Positions 1 through 9,248 of a stretch of 64,000 nucleotides of DNA are shown piece after piece. Origin of the DNA: Reichenbachiella sp. (lineage in GTDB: Bacteria > Bacteroidota > Bacteroidia > Cytophagales > Cyclobacteriaceae). The position numbers and the translations under genes were made by a program. The stretch is from NCBI RefSeq assembly GCF_039969095.1, contig NZ_JBDVOL010000017.1:94039-158038 (forward strand), in the 5' to 3' direction. The notes beneath the pieces were generated by a model, which had not been told where the DNA came from, searched no databases, and was given only the letters and a program-made list of their open reading frames with translations. Numbering within the stretch: position 1 is the first letter of the stretch; the number at the start of each line of letters is the position of its first letter.

Positions 1-796
1 TGAGTATTTCACCTGTTGCCGGCTCAATGGCTACTACACTACCTATTTTTCCTTCCATCAATTTTTCCGCGTAGGCCTGTAGACCCATATCAATACTTAG
101 CGTTAAGTTTTCGCCTGGAATTGAGAGCGTATCTAATTCACCGTCTTTAAACGAGCCTTTTTCCACTCGCCGAACATTGACCATTTTATATTTGACTCCT
201 CGTTTACCCCTTAGGTAATTTTCATAGGAAGACTCTAAGCCAGTAATACCCATATAATCACCACTCTTATAGTAGTTGGTGGTATCGCGATCAAGCTGGC
301 GTTTGCTCACTTCACCTATGTAACCAAACACATTCGCCAAACTGTTGTACTTATAACCTCTAATCGTTCTTGCTTTTGGGTAAATTCCGTCAAAATCCAC
401 CAATTGATCTTGCACTTTGGCAAAGACCTGATTGGGCACCTGCTTGACAATGGTAGTTGGCTGAATAGAAGAATAGCGCCTTGCCTTTTGAAGGTTAGAT
501 AATAAATCTTCATAGTCGATACCTAACATCCCGCTAAGCATCAGCGTATCTTCGATGTACAACTCTTTTGGAACTGCGTCCAAATCGAAAATAGGTTCAT
601 TATAAACCAATAATTTTCCATTTCGGTCGAAGATCAGACCACGATATGGATATTCTGTCACAGTATGGATGATGTTACTCTCAGCAGCAGCCTTGTAGTT
701 GTCATCCAGTACTTGAATAGAAAACAATTTGATCAAGAAAGCCGTCGCAACTAATACGATCGCTATCCTGACAATATATTTTCTATCTTCATTCAT
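1..796 (-). CDS. mrdA: Penicillin-binding protein 2 (peptidoglycan D,D-transpeptidase), N-terminal ~265 codons; gene continues past the left window edge
   Basis: Not in the ORF track because it has no in-window stop. Reverse-complement reading from the ATG (CAT at 794-796) gives MNEDRKYIVRIAIVLVATAFLIKLFSIQVLDD...EYPYRGLIFDRNGKLLVYNEP...GITGLESSYENYLRGKRG. That is a membrane anchor plus RGxIxDRNG-type PBP2 motifs. It lies directly downstream of mreB-mreC-mreD. Confidence 0.8.
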   Translation of the reverse strand, partial: MNEDRKYIVRIAIVLVATAFLIKLFSIQVLDDNYKAAAESNIIHTVTEYPYRGLIFDRNGKLLVYNEPIFDLDAVPKELYIEDTLMLSGMLGIDYEDLLSNLQKARRYSSIQPTTIVKQVPNQVFAKVQDQLVDFDGIYPKARTIRGYKYNSLANVFGYIGEVSKRQLDRDTTNYYKSGDYMGITGLESSYENYLRGKRGVKYKMVNVRRVEKGSFKDGELDTLSIPGENLTLSIDMGLQAYAEKLMEGKIGSVVAIEPATGEIL

Positions 797-885
797 TATA
801 TTAGAATACGAGTTTCTCTATCAAAAAATTTAAGCAAAGTTCGATTGCTTTATTTAAACTTAATATTTCAATCCTCAGATACGTT

Positions 886-1401
886 CTATTTTACTTTTTT
901 ATAGAACAAATATTGAATGATCAATAGAATCACTAGTGTAAACACAGAACTATAAAATACTTTAGTCAATGTCTGCCAAAAGAGTCCAAAACCGGCTGCC
1001 TCTATAAATAGAAGAGCCAAAATATGAACGAATACTAGCGGAAATATAAAAGTTACAAACCATCCAAGGCCTTGTGTTCTCAAATTGATTTTTGGTCCAG
1101 AATCGTAGCCACCACTTGGTGTCATGACTTTTGACCAGTAGATTTTTACATACACCAGAAGCACGCTTGCCGCTGCATGAATTCCTAAAGTATTATAAAA
1201 GGAATCAATAATTATTCCCACGACAAATCCAACTAAGAGTTGCACGATAGGATTTGTATCCATGGGTAACATCAGAAATATGAGAATGTACCCGAAGCAA
1301 AAAGCACTATCAAATAGCACTAGATTTTTGAACAAGATCACTTGAGCAAGTATGAGCAATATGGCTCTGAAAAATCCCCCGAAAACATTAAACCTATTCA
1401 T
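886..1401 (-). CDS. mreD: Rod shape-determining protein MreD
   Basis: 171-aa polytopic hydrophobic protein. It overlaps the mreC stop by 8 nt and occupies the canonical third position of mreBCD. Confidence 0.8.
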   Translation of the reverse strand: MNRFNVFGGFFRAILLILAQVILFKNLVLFDSAFCFGYILIFLMLPMDTNPIVQLLVGFVVGIIIDSFYNTLGIHAAASVLLVYVKIYWSKVMTPSGGYDSGPKINLRTQGLGWFVTFIFPLVFVHILALLFIEAAGFGLFWQTLTKVFYSSVFTLVILLIIQYLFYKKVK

Positions 1402-2209
1402 ATTCGAGTTGTACTTTTAAAGAATCTATCTCTTCTTGACCTGTTAAATTCAGCAGATAAACATGTGTAAGCGTATAGAAATTTGTTGACAGCTTAACTT
1501 TCACCTCATAAAAAGTAGCATCATCTTCCAAATTCACTTCAGAAACTATCCCTATCACTTCATCTTCTGGATAAATTGAATTAAAGCCCGATGTGCTTAT
1601 CAAATCACCTGGTGCTATAGATATATGTCTAGGCAGAAATTCTAGGTCTGCATAAAGAGGATCTTCTCCTTTCCAAACAATTGAGCACAATGTCCCAGTA
1701 GACATATGCTGCGCCGAAATCATAGACTTGCCATGTAAAACTGAAATGACAGTTGAGTAATTTTTAGAGACATTTAGTACTTGTCCTACTATCCCATCCG
1801 GGCCTACCACGCCCATACCACTTCTAATTCCATGATCTGAGCCTTTGTTTAGGGTCAAATAATTATTTCTATAAAAAAGAGAATTGTCAATGACCTTGGC
1901 TTTTATGCCCAAATGACTTGAATCAAGCAGAAAACTGGCCATGTAAATTGAATCCGACAAATCGAGTAACTGCTGACGCAGTTTTGCATTCTCTTCAGCC
2001 AATTTATTATTCTGATCGGCTAAATTGAAATAATCCCCAACTTGATCTGAGGTCGATGTGATAGAAGCGACTAATCTATTGGCTGATGTGAAGTACTTTG
2101 CCCCTTGATAATTGTTGGAATTGACAATAATCCAAAAACAGATTCCTTCCAGCACTACCAACAGGATGAAAGTTCTATACTTATATAGAAACTGGAAGAG
2201 TCGTTCCAT
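1394..2209 (-). CDS. mreC: Rod shape-determining protein MreC
   Basis: N-terminal TM segment, a coiled-coil stretch (NKLAEENAKLRQQLLDL) and a beta-rich C-terminal domain. It starts 5 nt after mreB. Confidence 0.85.
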   Translation of the reverse strand: MERLFQFLYKYRTFILLVVLEGICFWIIVNSNNYQGAKYFTSANRLVASITSTSDQVGDYFNLADQNNKLAEENAKLRQQLLDLSDSIYMASFLLDSSHLGIKAKVIDNSLFYRNNYLTLNKGSDHGIRSGMGVVGPDGIVGQVLNVSKNYSTVISVLHGKSMISAQHMSTGTLCSIVWKGEDPLYADLEFLPRHISIAPGDLISTSGFNSIYPEDEVIGIVSEVNLEDDATFYEVKVKLSTNFYTLTHVYLLNLTGQEEIDSLKVQLEYE

Positions 2210-2214
2210 TTATT

Positions 2215-3243
2215 TTACTGCATTAACACGGCACGGTAGCGCTCTAATTCTTTCAATGCTTTTCCTGTTCCACGTACCACAGCCTTTAGTGGATCTTCGG
2301 CTATATGAATTGGCAATTTAGTCTTCATGCCTAGCCTCTTGTCTAGCCCACGAAGCAAGGCACCACCACCTGTGAGGTATATACCGTTATCATAAATATC
2401 TGCTGACAATTCAGGAGGAGCAATCTCCAAGGCTTTGAGAACTGCTTCCTCAATTTTTGAAACTGATTTATCAATTGCAAAAGCTACCTCCGAGTAAGAA
2501 AGTTTTATGACTTTAGGAATACCTGTCATTAAGTCCCTACCTCTAATATCAAAATCTTCAGGGCCTTCGTCCAATTCCGTCAAAGCCGAACCTACTTGAA
2601 TTTTCACTTTTTCAGCTGTTCTTTCTCCAATCAACAAATTGTGCTGTCTTCTCATGTAATCGAGAATGTCTTTGTTGAAGGCATCTCCAGCTACGCGGAT
2701 AGATTGATCACATACAATTCCAGAAAGCGCAATTACTGCGATTTCAGTAGTACCACCTCCAATATCTACAATCATGCTACCATCTGGTCGCTCAATATCG
2801 ATTCCAATACCGATAGCGGCTGCTATAGGCTCATGAATCATAAAAACTTCTTTGGCTCCAGCATGCTCTGCTGAATCTCGAACGGCTCTTTTTTCCACTT
2901 CAGTAATACCTGAAGGAATACAAATGATCATACGATGAGAAGCTGGGAATAATCTCTTCTTATCTTTATCAATCATTTTGATCATGCCGCGAATCATAGA
3001 TTCAGCAGCCTGAAAATCAGCGATCACTCCATCTTTGAGAGGTCGAATGGTTTTGATGCTTTCATGCGTTTTTTCATGCATTTGCATGGCTTCTGCTCCT
3101 ATGGCAAGCACCTTGTTTTTGGCCTTATCTATAGCGATGATGGAGGGCTCATCCACCACTACTTCTCCTTTGCTTATGATCAAGGTATTAGCCGTTCCTA
3201 AATCAATCGCAATATCACTCGAGAAAAAATCAAATATTCCCAT
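2215..3243 (-). CDS. mreB: Actin-like rod shape-determining protein MreB
   Basis: MGIFDFFSSDIAIDLGTANTLI..., DIGGGTTEIAVI, and GIYLTGGGALLRGLDKRL are actin/MreB ATPase phosphate and adenosine motifs. Confidence 0.95.
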   Translation of the reverse strand: MGIFDFFSSDIAIDLGTANTLIISKGEVVVDEPSIIAIDKAKNKVLAIGAEAMQMHEKTHESIKTIRPLKDGVIADFQAAESMIRGMIKMIDKDKKRLFPASHRMIICIPSGITEVEKRAVRDSAEHAGAKEVFMIHEPIAAAIGIGIDIERPDGSMIVDIGGGTTEIAVIALSGIVCDQSIRVAGDAFNKDILDYMRRQHNLLIGERTAEKVKIQVGSALTELDEGPEDFDIRGRDLMTGIPKVIKLSYSEVAFAIDKSVSKIEEAVLKALEIAPPELSADIYDNGIYLTGGGALLRGLDKRLGMKTKLPIHIAEDPLKAVVRGTGKALKELERYRAVLMQ

Positions 3244-3349
3244 AACTTCGTTTACTCAAAAATATTTTTGCTGATCAAAAGATCACAAATTACGCACAAA
3301 AAATCAGGTAATCAATACTAACATCGATAGATATTAGGTAATTGAATAC

Positions 3350-4876
3350 TTAGTGTTTGAAATGACGAGTGCCAGTCATGACCATAGCCATATCTACTTC
3401 GTCACAATAATCTATTGAAAGCTGATCCTTAATAGACCCACCAGGCTGAATAACGGCTGCAATTCCAGCTTTATTGGCTATTTCCACACAGTCAGGAAAA
3501 GGGAAAAAAGCATCCGAAGCCATTACCGCACCATTTAAATCCATACCAAAACTTTCTGCCTTCTCGATCGCTTGATTTAAGGCATCCACTCTGCTGGTTT
3601 GGCCTGTTCCGCTAGACAACATCATGTCGTTGTTAGTGAAAACAATCGTGTTTGATTTGGTATGTTTACAAATTTTTGAAGCGAAAAGCATTGCTTCCAC
3701 TTGCTCGCTAGTTGGTTCTTTTTTGGTGACTGTTGTCAAGTCTTCCTTTACATCAGTTTTCAAATCAGCATCTTGAACTATCACTCCATTCAAAAGTGAT
3801 TTGAATTGAACTGGATTAGGTGCCAAGTCTTTGATTCTAAGAACAATTCTGTTTTTCTTGGATTTTAAAAGTTTTACTGCTTCTTCGTCATATTCAGGAG
3901 CAATCAGCACTTCGCAAAACAATTTATTGATTTCTTCGGCAGCTGCTAAGTCAACTTTCTTATTGGTAATCAATACTCCACCAAAAGCCGATACATTGTC
4001 CGAAGATAAGGCTTTCAAATAGGCGTCTTTCACATCCTTACCTTTGGCTACACCGCAAGCATTGGTATGCTTGATGATTGCAAACGCTGTTTCCCCTTCA
4101 AATTCTCTGATTAGAGAAACTGCTGCATCTACATCTACCAAATTGTTGTATGAAAGCTCTTTGCCATTGAGCTGATCGAAAAGAGCTGTGAGATCTCCGA
4201 AAAAACTACCATTTTGATGAGGGTTCTCACCGTATCTCAGTGATTGCGCCTGTCTCACACTTTGCTTAAAAGATGGCTCTTCTTGTTCCTTGTTGAAATA
4301 GTTGAAAATAGCTGAATCATAATGAGAAGAAATATCGAATGCCTTACAAGCAAAAGATTTCCTTTGCTCAAGAGATGTTTCACAGTTTTGTGAATCCAAC
4401 ATTCCTTGTACATCATCGTATTGCTCCATAGAAGAAACAATGAGTACATCGTTGAAGTTTTTGGCGGCTCCTCTTATTAGAGAAATACCTCCAATGTCAA
4501 TTTTTTCTATGATATCCTCTTCACTTGCTCCAGATGCAACTGTAGCCTCGAATGGATATAGGTCAACTATCACAAGATCAATATCTGGGATATTGTGAGC
4601 TGCTTTCTCTTTTTGATCACTTGTGTTGTCTCTTCGGTTTAGAATACCTCCGAAAATGGCAGGGTGTAGGGTCTTAACACGACCTGAGAAAATAGAAGGG
4701 TAAGCGGTCAAATCCTCCACAGGGGTAACCGTGATGCCCATATCCTCAATAAATTTTTGCGTTCCACCAGTAGAATAGATAGTTACGTCATTGGCGTCTA
4801 GTACTTTGACAATGTTGTCCAAGTTGTCTTTGTGAAAGACAGAAATAAGTGCTGATTTAATTTTTTTTGATCCCAT
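3350..4876 (-). CDS. purH: Bifunctional AICAR formyltransferase / IMP cyclohydrolase
   Basis: 508 aa. N-terminal MGS-like domain (ALISVFHKDNL, STGGT, KTLHP) and C-terminal AICARFT domain (RYGENPHQ, GSIKD, TGTRHFKH). Confidence 0.95.
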   Translation of the reverse strand: MGSKKIKSALISVFHKDNLDNIVKVLDANDVTIYSTGGTQKFIEDMGITVTPVEDLTAYPSIFSGRVKTLHPAIFGGILNRRDNTSDQKEKAAHNIPDIDLVIVDLYPFEATVASGASEEDIIEKIDIGGISLIRGAAKNFNDVLIVSSMEQYDDVQGMLDSQNCETSLEQRKSFACKAFDISSHYDSAIFNYFNKEQEEPSFKQSVRQAQSLRYGENPHQNGSFFGDLTALFDQLNGKELSYNNLVDVDAAVSLIREFEGETAFAIIKHTNACGVAKGKDVKDAYLKALSSDNVSAFGGVLITNKKVDLAAAEEINKLFCEVLIAPEYDEEAVKLLKSKKNRIVLRIKDLAPNPVQFKSLLNGVIVQDADLKTDVKEDLTTVTKKEPTSEQVEAMLFASKICKHTKSNTIVFTNNDMMLSSGTGQTSRVDALNQAIEKAESFGMDLNGAVMASDAFFPFPDCVEIANKAGIAAVIQPGGSIKDQLSIDYCDEVDMAMVMTGTRHFKH

Positions 4877-4962
4877 TTTCCCCTTTTAAAAAATAAGGGG
4901 CAAAAGTACTTATTTATTTAGCAGAAGTGGAGAAATACGTCAAAGTTTTACCCTCAATCGGG

Positions 4963-5535
4963 CTAAATTTTGGAAAGGTATTCCTCGATGGTTTTAGGAA
5001 AGTACTCGTATTCCAATTCATGGATTTTTTCTGCTACCAGATCTGGGGTATCGGTCGCTGAAACTTCGCATTTTTCCTGGCGAAGTATAGCTCCATTGTC
5101 ATAAATCTCATCAACCAAATGAATGGTGATACCTGATTCCTTTTCTTTATTGGCAACTACGGCCTCATGCACATTTGAGCCATACATTCCTTTGCCTCCA
5201 TATTTTGGAAGTAATGCCGGATGAATATTGATAATTCTGTCTGGATAAGCAGTTATCAAATTTTCGGGGATAAGCCATAAAAAACCAGCCAAGATTACCA
5301 AATCAATATTTCTTGACTTAAGTAATTCAACAATTTCATTGGTCTTATAAAAAGCATCACGATCAAAAATCTTAGAATCCACTCCTAGTTTTTTTGCCCG
5401 CTCCAGCACGTAGGCTTTTGGCTTGTTTGTTAATATTAGATCAATTGAAACTTCTGTCTCCTTACTATGAAAATAATTAGTGATCTGTTCAGCATTAGAG
5501 CCGCTACCTGAAGCAAAAATTGCGAGCCTTTTCAT
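4963..5535 (-). CDS. purN: Phosphoribosylglycinamide formyltransferase
   Basis: MKRLAIFASGSGSNAEQI and NIHPALLPKYGGKGMYG match formyl-transferase N-domain motifs. It lies directly upstream of purH. Confidence 0.9.
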   Translation of the reverse strand: MKRLAIFASGSGSNAEQITNYFHSKETEVSIDLILTNKPKAYVLERAKKLGVDSKIFDRDAFYKTNEIVELLKSRNIDLVILAGFLWLIPENLITAYPDRIINIHPALLPKYGGKGMYGSNVHEAVVANKEKESGITIHLVDEIYDNGAILRQEKCEVSATDTPDLVAEKIHELEYEYFPKTIEEYLSKI

Positions 5536-5542
5536 TACTTGG

Positions 5543-6415
5543 TCAAAATTTTAGAATGGCCATACTTAAAATGCCTGCAATGATAATCCATTTGCAGTAG
5601 CTACTCAGATATGAAAAATGTTTTTTCGTGTCTGCCATAACTAACAAGTATAAAAAATGCATAAATGGGATGCTAAGTATTCCGAAGTAATACAGCAGAT
5701 ATTGATTCTGAACTTTGAGCAAGAAAATCACCAAACTAGCTATAAATGGAGCAATTATTGCGAACAGCATGATTTTGGTTTTTCTCATTCCAAAAACCAC
5801 TGGCAGGGTCATGCCGCCATAATTGGCATCGCCTTCTACGTCTTCAATATCTTTAATTATTTCTCTGATCAAAGTAATACCAAAGGCAAATAGGGCATAC
5901 ACCATGGTCAACAGATCTAAAGTCTGATAATATACCAAAAGCACCAATAATGTGCATGCAGTCAAAAGAGCTACTACAAAATTACCCACAAATGGAAGGC
6001 GTTTGAGTTGGTTAGAATACCACCAAAGTAAAAAGGCACAAATTAAGTTAATCACTCCAATCCAAAGCGAAACCAGTGCGCCCAGCAGAATCCCGATAGC
6101 ATTCAGGGTAGTATGAGCAATCATGACAGGGCGTCTTTTTATCGTATTGCCCACAATCACTCGATCTGGCTTATTGATCAAGTCTATTTTAATATCGTAA
6201 TAATCGTTGATGTAGTATCCGGCAGCTGCTATTATTACTGTACTTAATGCCAGAATGAAAAACCGAATGTCACCCAAAACAAACCACACTGATTTTTCAG
6301 CGTTCAGCAAGAAAAAAGCACCTGCATATTGGGTGATAAAAATAATGATCAAATTGTTGAACCGGCTCAGTTTAAGGGCATCCATGAGCAACTGAATGTG
6401 GGATCTTCTGCGCAT
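5543..6415 (-). CDS. UbiA-family aromatic/isoprenoid prenyltransferase, DGGGP-synthase-like
   Basis: About 8-9 TM segments. First Asp-rich motif YYINDYYDIKIDLIN (NDxxDxxxD) and second motif DIEDVEGD. Confidence 0.75.
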   Translation of the reverse strand: MRRRSHIQLLMDALKLSRFNNLIIIFITQYAGAFFLLNAEKSVWFVLGDIRFFILALSTVIIAAAGYYINDYYDIKIDLINKPDRVIVGNTIKRRPVMIAHTTLNAIGILLGALVSLWIGVINLICAFLLWWYSNQLKRLPFVGNFVVALLTACTLLVLLVYYQTLDLLTMVYALFAFGITLIREIIKDIEDVEGDANYGGMTLPVVFGMRKTKIMLFAIIAPFIASLVIFLLKVQNQYLLYYFGILSIPFMHFLYLLVMADTKKHFSYLSSYCKWIIIAGILSMAILKF

Positions 6416-6424
6416 GGTACAAAG

Positions 6425-7126
6425 CTACATGCTTTCCCACTTTTCCCTAAGGACAGCCAGTGTAAAAGGTTTTTTGTCTAATGCAGTGGTGTCTGTACCT
6501 ATTTCCACAGAATTTGCTTTCCACGCATCATGAAATTTTGACAATTTTAGGCTTTGTAAATTGATTCCGTTTTGCATCATATTGTATGCAATTAAGATTA
6601 AATCTTCTCGTTTGATTGAATCTCCATAAAAGATGGCATTGGAAGCAAAATCATCAAAATCATCCTCCGCTGGGCGTTCATGAATATAAAACCCCAAATT
6701 TCGCAGTTGATATACACGGTCTTTATCCTTTTCTTTCTTGTAATACCTAATTACGACATCAGTTCTGGAAATCCTACCTCTAGTATTTTCTCTTTTGGCG
6801 TAATACTCTTCTACCATATTTGAAAAGAAATCTGTATCACTAATAACCAATGGTTCCTCTGTCATTAATTCCTTTTGAAGAATGGTATCAGAGGGTACCA
6901 TGGTAGAGTCAACTTTTTGTGCCCTTGGCTCACTAATTTTTGCTACTGGCCTTTTTTTGGAGGGCCTTTTAGTATGTAGTTTTTTATTTTTCTTGTCAAT
7001 ATTTCTTATTTCAATCTGATGATAGTGCGCACCGATCAACTCAGTCAAATGAATAATAAAAATGCTGGTGAGTATAGCAAATAGATAAATTATCGGTAAA
7101 TAAGAAGAAATATTCCTCTGAGTCAT
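6425..7126 (-). CDS. Hypothetical membrane-anchored protein with a basic linker
   Basis: Single N-terminal TM (LPIIYLFAILTSIFIIHL), a Lys/Arg/Pro-rich linker (KKNKKLHTKRPSKKRPVAK) and a ~130-aa alpha/beta C-terminal domain. There is a 9-nt gap to the UbiA gene. No family recognised with confidence. Confidence 0.5.
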   Translation of the reverse strand: MTQRNISSYLPIIYLFAILTSIFIIHLTELIGAHYHQIEIRNIDKKNKKLHTKRPSKKRPVAKISEPRAQKVDSTMVPSDTILQKELMTEEPLVISDTDFFSNMVEEYYAKRENTRGRISRTDVVIRYYKKEKDKDRVYQLRNLGFYIHERPAEDDFDDFASNAIFYGDSIKREDLILIAYNMMQNGINLQSLKLSKFHDAWKANSVEIGTDTTALDKKPFTLAVLREKWESM

Positions 7127-7360
7127 TTCATGTTAGATTTATTCCTAAATATAGATTATTTAGATTAAAAATATATATAACTTCCTCATTAGCAGATAAT
7201 TCCATTTGGTGTGGATATTTGTTAAATTTAATATAATGTTTAAGAATTGCAAAATGAGGTCGAGTCGTAGAAATTTTATATTTTTGGTCGGATATAGCCA
7301 ACTTTTATACTATTTTCAAAATATATTACGAATCCTCGATTAAACCTTAATAGATCGAAC

Positions 7361-7942
7361 ATGAAAAGAATCTTTACTCTACTTACCATTTTTTCACTGA
7401 CTTACGGAGCTTTTGCTCAGGAGATGGGCACCATGACGGACCCTAGAGATGGAAAAACTTACAAAACAGCAAAATTGAAAATTGAGCTAGAAGGAGGCAT
7501 TTTCATAGAAAGAGAATGGATGGCCGAAAACTTGAATTTCGAAACTGAGGGTTCGGTATGTTATAAAAATTATCCCGCTTACTGTGAGAAATTTGGAAGA
7601 CTATATAACTGGGTTGATGCTAAATTGACTTGTCCTGAAGGCTGGCACCTTTCTACTCAACTTGAGTGGCAAGAGCTTATGCTCAATTACGGAGGATATA
7701 AAACTGCAGGAAAAGCACTAAAAGTAGGTGGCCAAAGCAATTTGAATATCTTAATGGGAGGCTTTTCAAATGTTGAAGGGCAATTTAGCGACATTGGGAA
7801 AACAGCCCATCTTTGGGATGCTGAGCTTGGCAATAAAAAGACAGCTGGTTTGATTTCATTATATGCCGACTACGATGAGATCGCCCATGATGTGATTAGC
7901 GCACGAAACATGAACAGTTGTCGATGCGTGAAGGATTACTAA
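7361..7942 (+). CDS. Secreted/lipoprotein with FISUMP (Fibrobacter succinogenes major paralogous) domain
   Basis: Signal peptide, then DPRDGKTYKTAKL, WMAENLNF, FGRLYNW and CPEGWHLSTQLEWQEL, which is the characteristic FISUMP motif order. Confidence 0.75.
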   Translation: MKRIFTLLTIFSLTYGAFAQEMGTMTDPRDGKTYKTAKLKIELEGGIFIEREWMAENLNFETEGSVCYKNYPAYCEKFGRLYNWVDAKLTCPEGWHLSTQLEWQELMLNYGGYKTAGKALKVGGQSNLNILMGGFSNVEGQFSDIGKTAHLWDAELGNKKTAGLISLYADYDEIAHDVISARNMNSCRCVKDY

Positions 7943-9174
7943 TAGTACTCTGGCGCTAAATAATTAGGATAAATTTTCATGTGGTGGTTTTTGACTTTCT
8001 CAAAAATCACCTTTCTAAATTCTGCTGTATTTGTTTTTTTGACAGCTGAGATGAAAATGTTCGTCTTGTTTTTTGCTGTAGTATCAATTCCTGCAACAAA
8101 ATCAAAGTCCTCTTCTTCGTCAGGCGATGTCAGCTGATCAATTTTGTTATAAACTACGATCATTTCTTTATCAGCAGCACCTAATTCTTGTAGCGTATCA
8201 TTTACCACTTGCATATGCTCTTCAAAAGAAGGGTGTGAAATATCGACAACATGCAAGAGAATATCAGCTTCTCTGACTTCGTCCAAAGTAGATTTGAATG
8301 ACTCTATTAGATTATGAGGGAGTTTTCTAATAAATCCAACAGTATCAGACAATAGAAAAGGAATCGTATTGATGACCACTTTTCTAACTGTCGAATCAAC
8401 AGTGGCAAAAAGTTCGTTTTTTGCATAAATATCTCCTTTTGAAAGCATGTTCATGATTGTAGATTTACCAACATTGGTATATCCTACCAAGGCTACTCTG
8501 ACTACATTAGATCTAGATTTTCTTCTGGTTTCGCCCTGCTTGTCAATTTTTGCAAGTTTTTTCTTCAATACAGAAATTTGATCACGAATCATTCTTCTAT
8601 CTGTCTCAATTTCTTTTTCACCAGCACCCCCTCGAGTCCCTGTACCCCCTCGCTGCCTTTCAAGGTGAGTCCACATACGGGTCAGTCTTGGCATGAGGTA
8701 TTGATATCTCGCAAGTTCTACTTGGGTTTTTGCTTGAGAAGTCTGTGCCCTTTTCAAGAAAATATCTAGAATGAGTAAACTACGATCATAAATCTTGATC
8801 TCTAGTTCCTTTTCCAAATTCCTTAGTTGCGAAGGAGACAAATCATCATCAAAAATTACTACGTCTATCTCTTGATCCTTGACATAAGTGATGATTTCTT
8901 CCAGCTTACCCTTTCCTACAAAACTCCTTTTATCAGGCTTATCAAGGTTTTGAACAAACGATTTCTTCGTTTGAATTCCTAAAGTCTCAGCGAGAAATTC
9001 AAGCTCATCCAAGTACTCTTCAGTTTTTTCTACCGACTGCCGACTTGGAGAAAGAGCCACCAATACTGCTTTCTCTACTTCCTTCTTGGTTTCGTAATAG
9101 TCTCCCATTTCATGCGATTTTTTGCAAAATTGTTCAATTATTGGGATATCCATCCAGTAAAACCGAATATTCAT
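7939..9174 (-). CDS. hflX: Ribosome-associated GTPase HflX
   Basis: HflX N-domain (AVLVAL, ELEFLAETLG), G1 motif GYTNVGKSTIMN, DTVGFI and NKID. The true start may be the internal Met at 9108. It overlaps the convergent FISUMP gene by 4 nt. Confidence 0.9.
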   Translation of the reverse strand: MNIRFYWMDIPIIEQFCKKSHEMGDYYETKKEVEKAVLVALSPSRQSVEKTEEYLDELEFLAETLGIQTKKSFVQNLDKPDKRSFVGKGKLEEIITYVKDQEIDVVIFDDDLSPSQLRNLEKELEIKIYDRSLLILDIFLKRAQTSQAKTQVELARYQYLMPRLTRMWTHLERQRGGTGTRGGAGEKEIETDRRMIRDQISVLKKKLAKIDKQGETRRKSRSNVVRVALVGYTNVGKSTIMNMLSKGDIYAKNELFATVDSTVRKVVINTIPFLLSDTVGFIRKLPHNLIESFKSTLDEVREADILLHVVDISHPSFEEHMQVVNDTLQELGAADKEMIVVYNKIDQLTSPDEEEDFDFVAGIDTTAKNKTNIFISAVKKTNTAEFRKVIFEKVKNHHMKIYPNYLAPEYY

Positions 9175-9248
9175 CGATCAATAGCCCTGATAATCTGTCT
9201 CCTAAATATATTTGGCTTCTAAAGAATTTTTTGCCTTAGAAATAGCAC

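Noticed and set aside
316-513. 65-aa minus-strand ORF listed in the track near the left edge
   Set aside because: It is out of frame within the truncated mrdA (PBP2) reading frame, which gives a clear PBP2 N-terminal sequence.
7636-7656. TGGCAC sequences as possible sigma-54 -24 elements (also near 37170, 37240, 48550 and 60620), checked because rpoN is in the window
   Set aside because: None is followed by TTGC at the GG-N10-GC spacing, and all lie inside coding sequences.
7939-7942. 4-nt overlaps of convergent gene ends (FISUMP/hflX here, and porin/PAP2-like at 15093-15096)
   Set aside because: These are common consequences of compact genomes. No additional structure was seen, so they are not considered functional signals in themselves.
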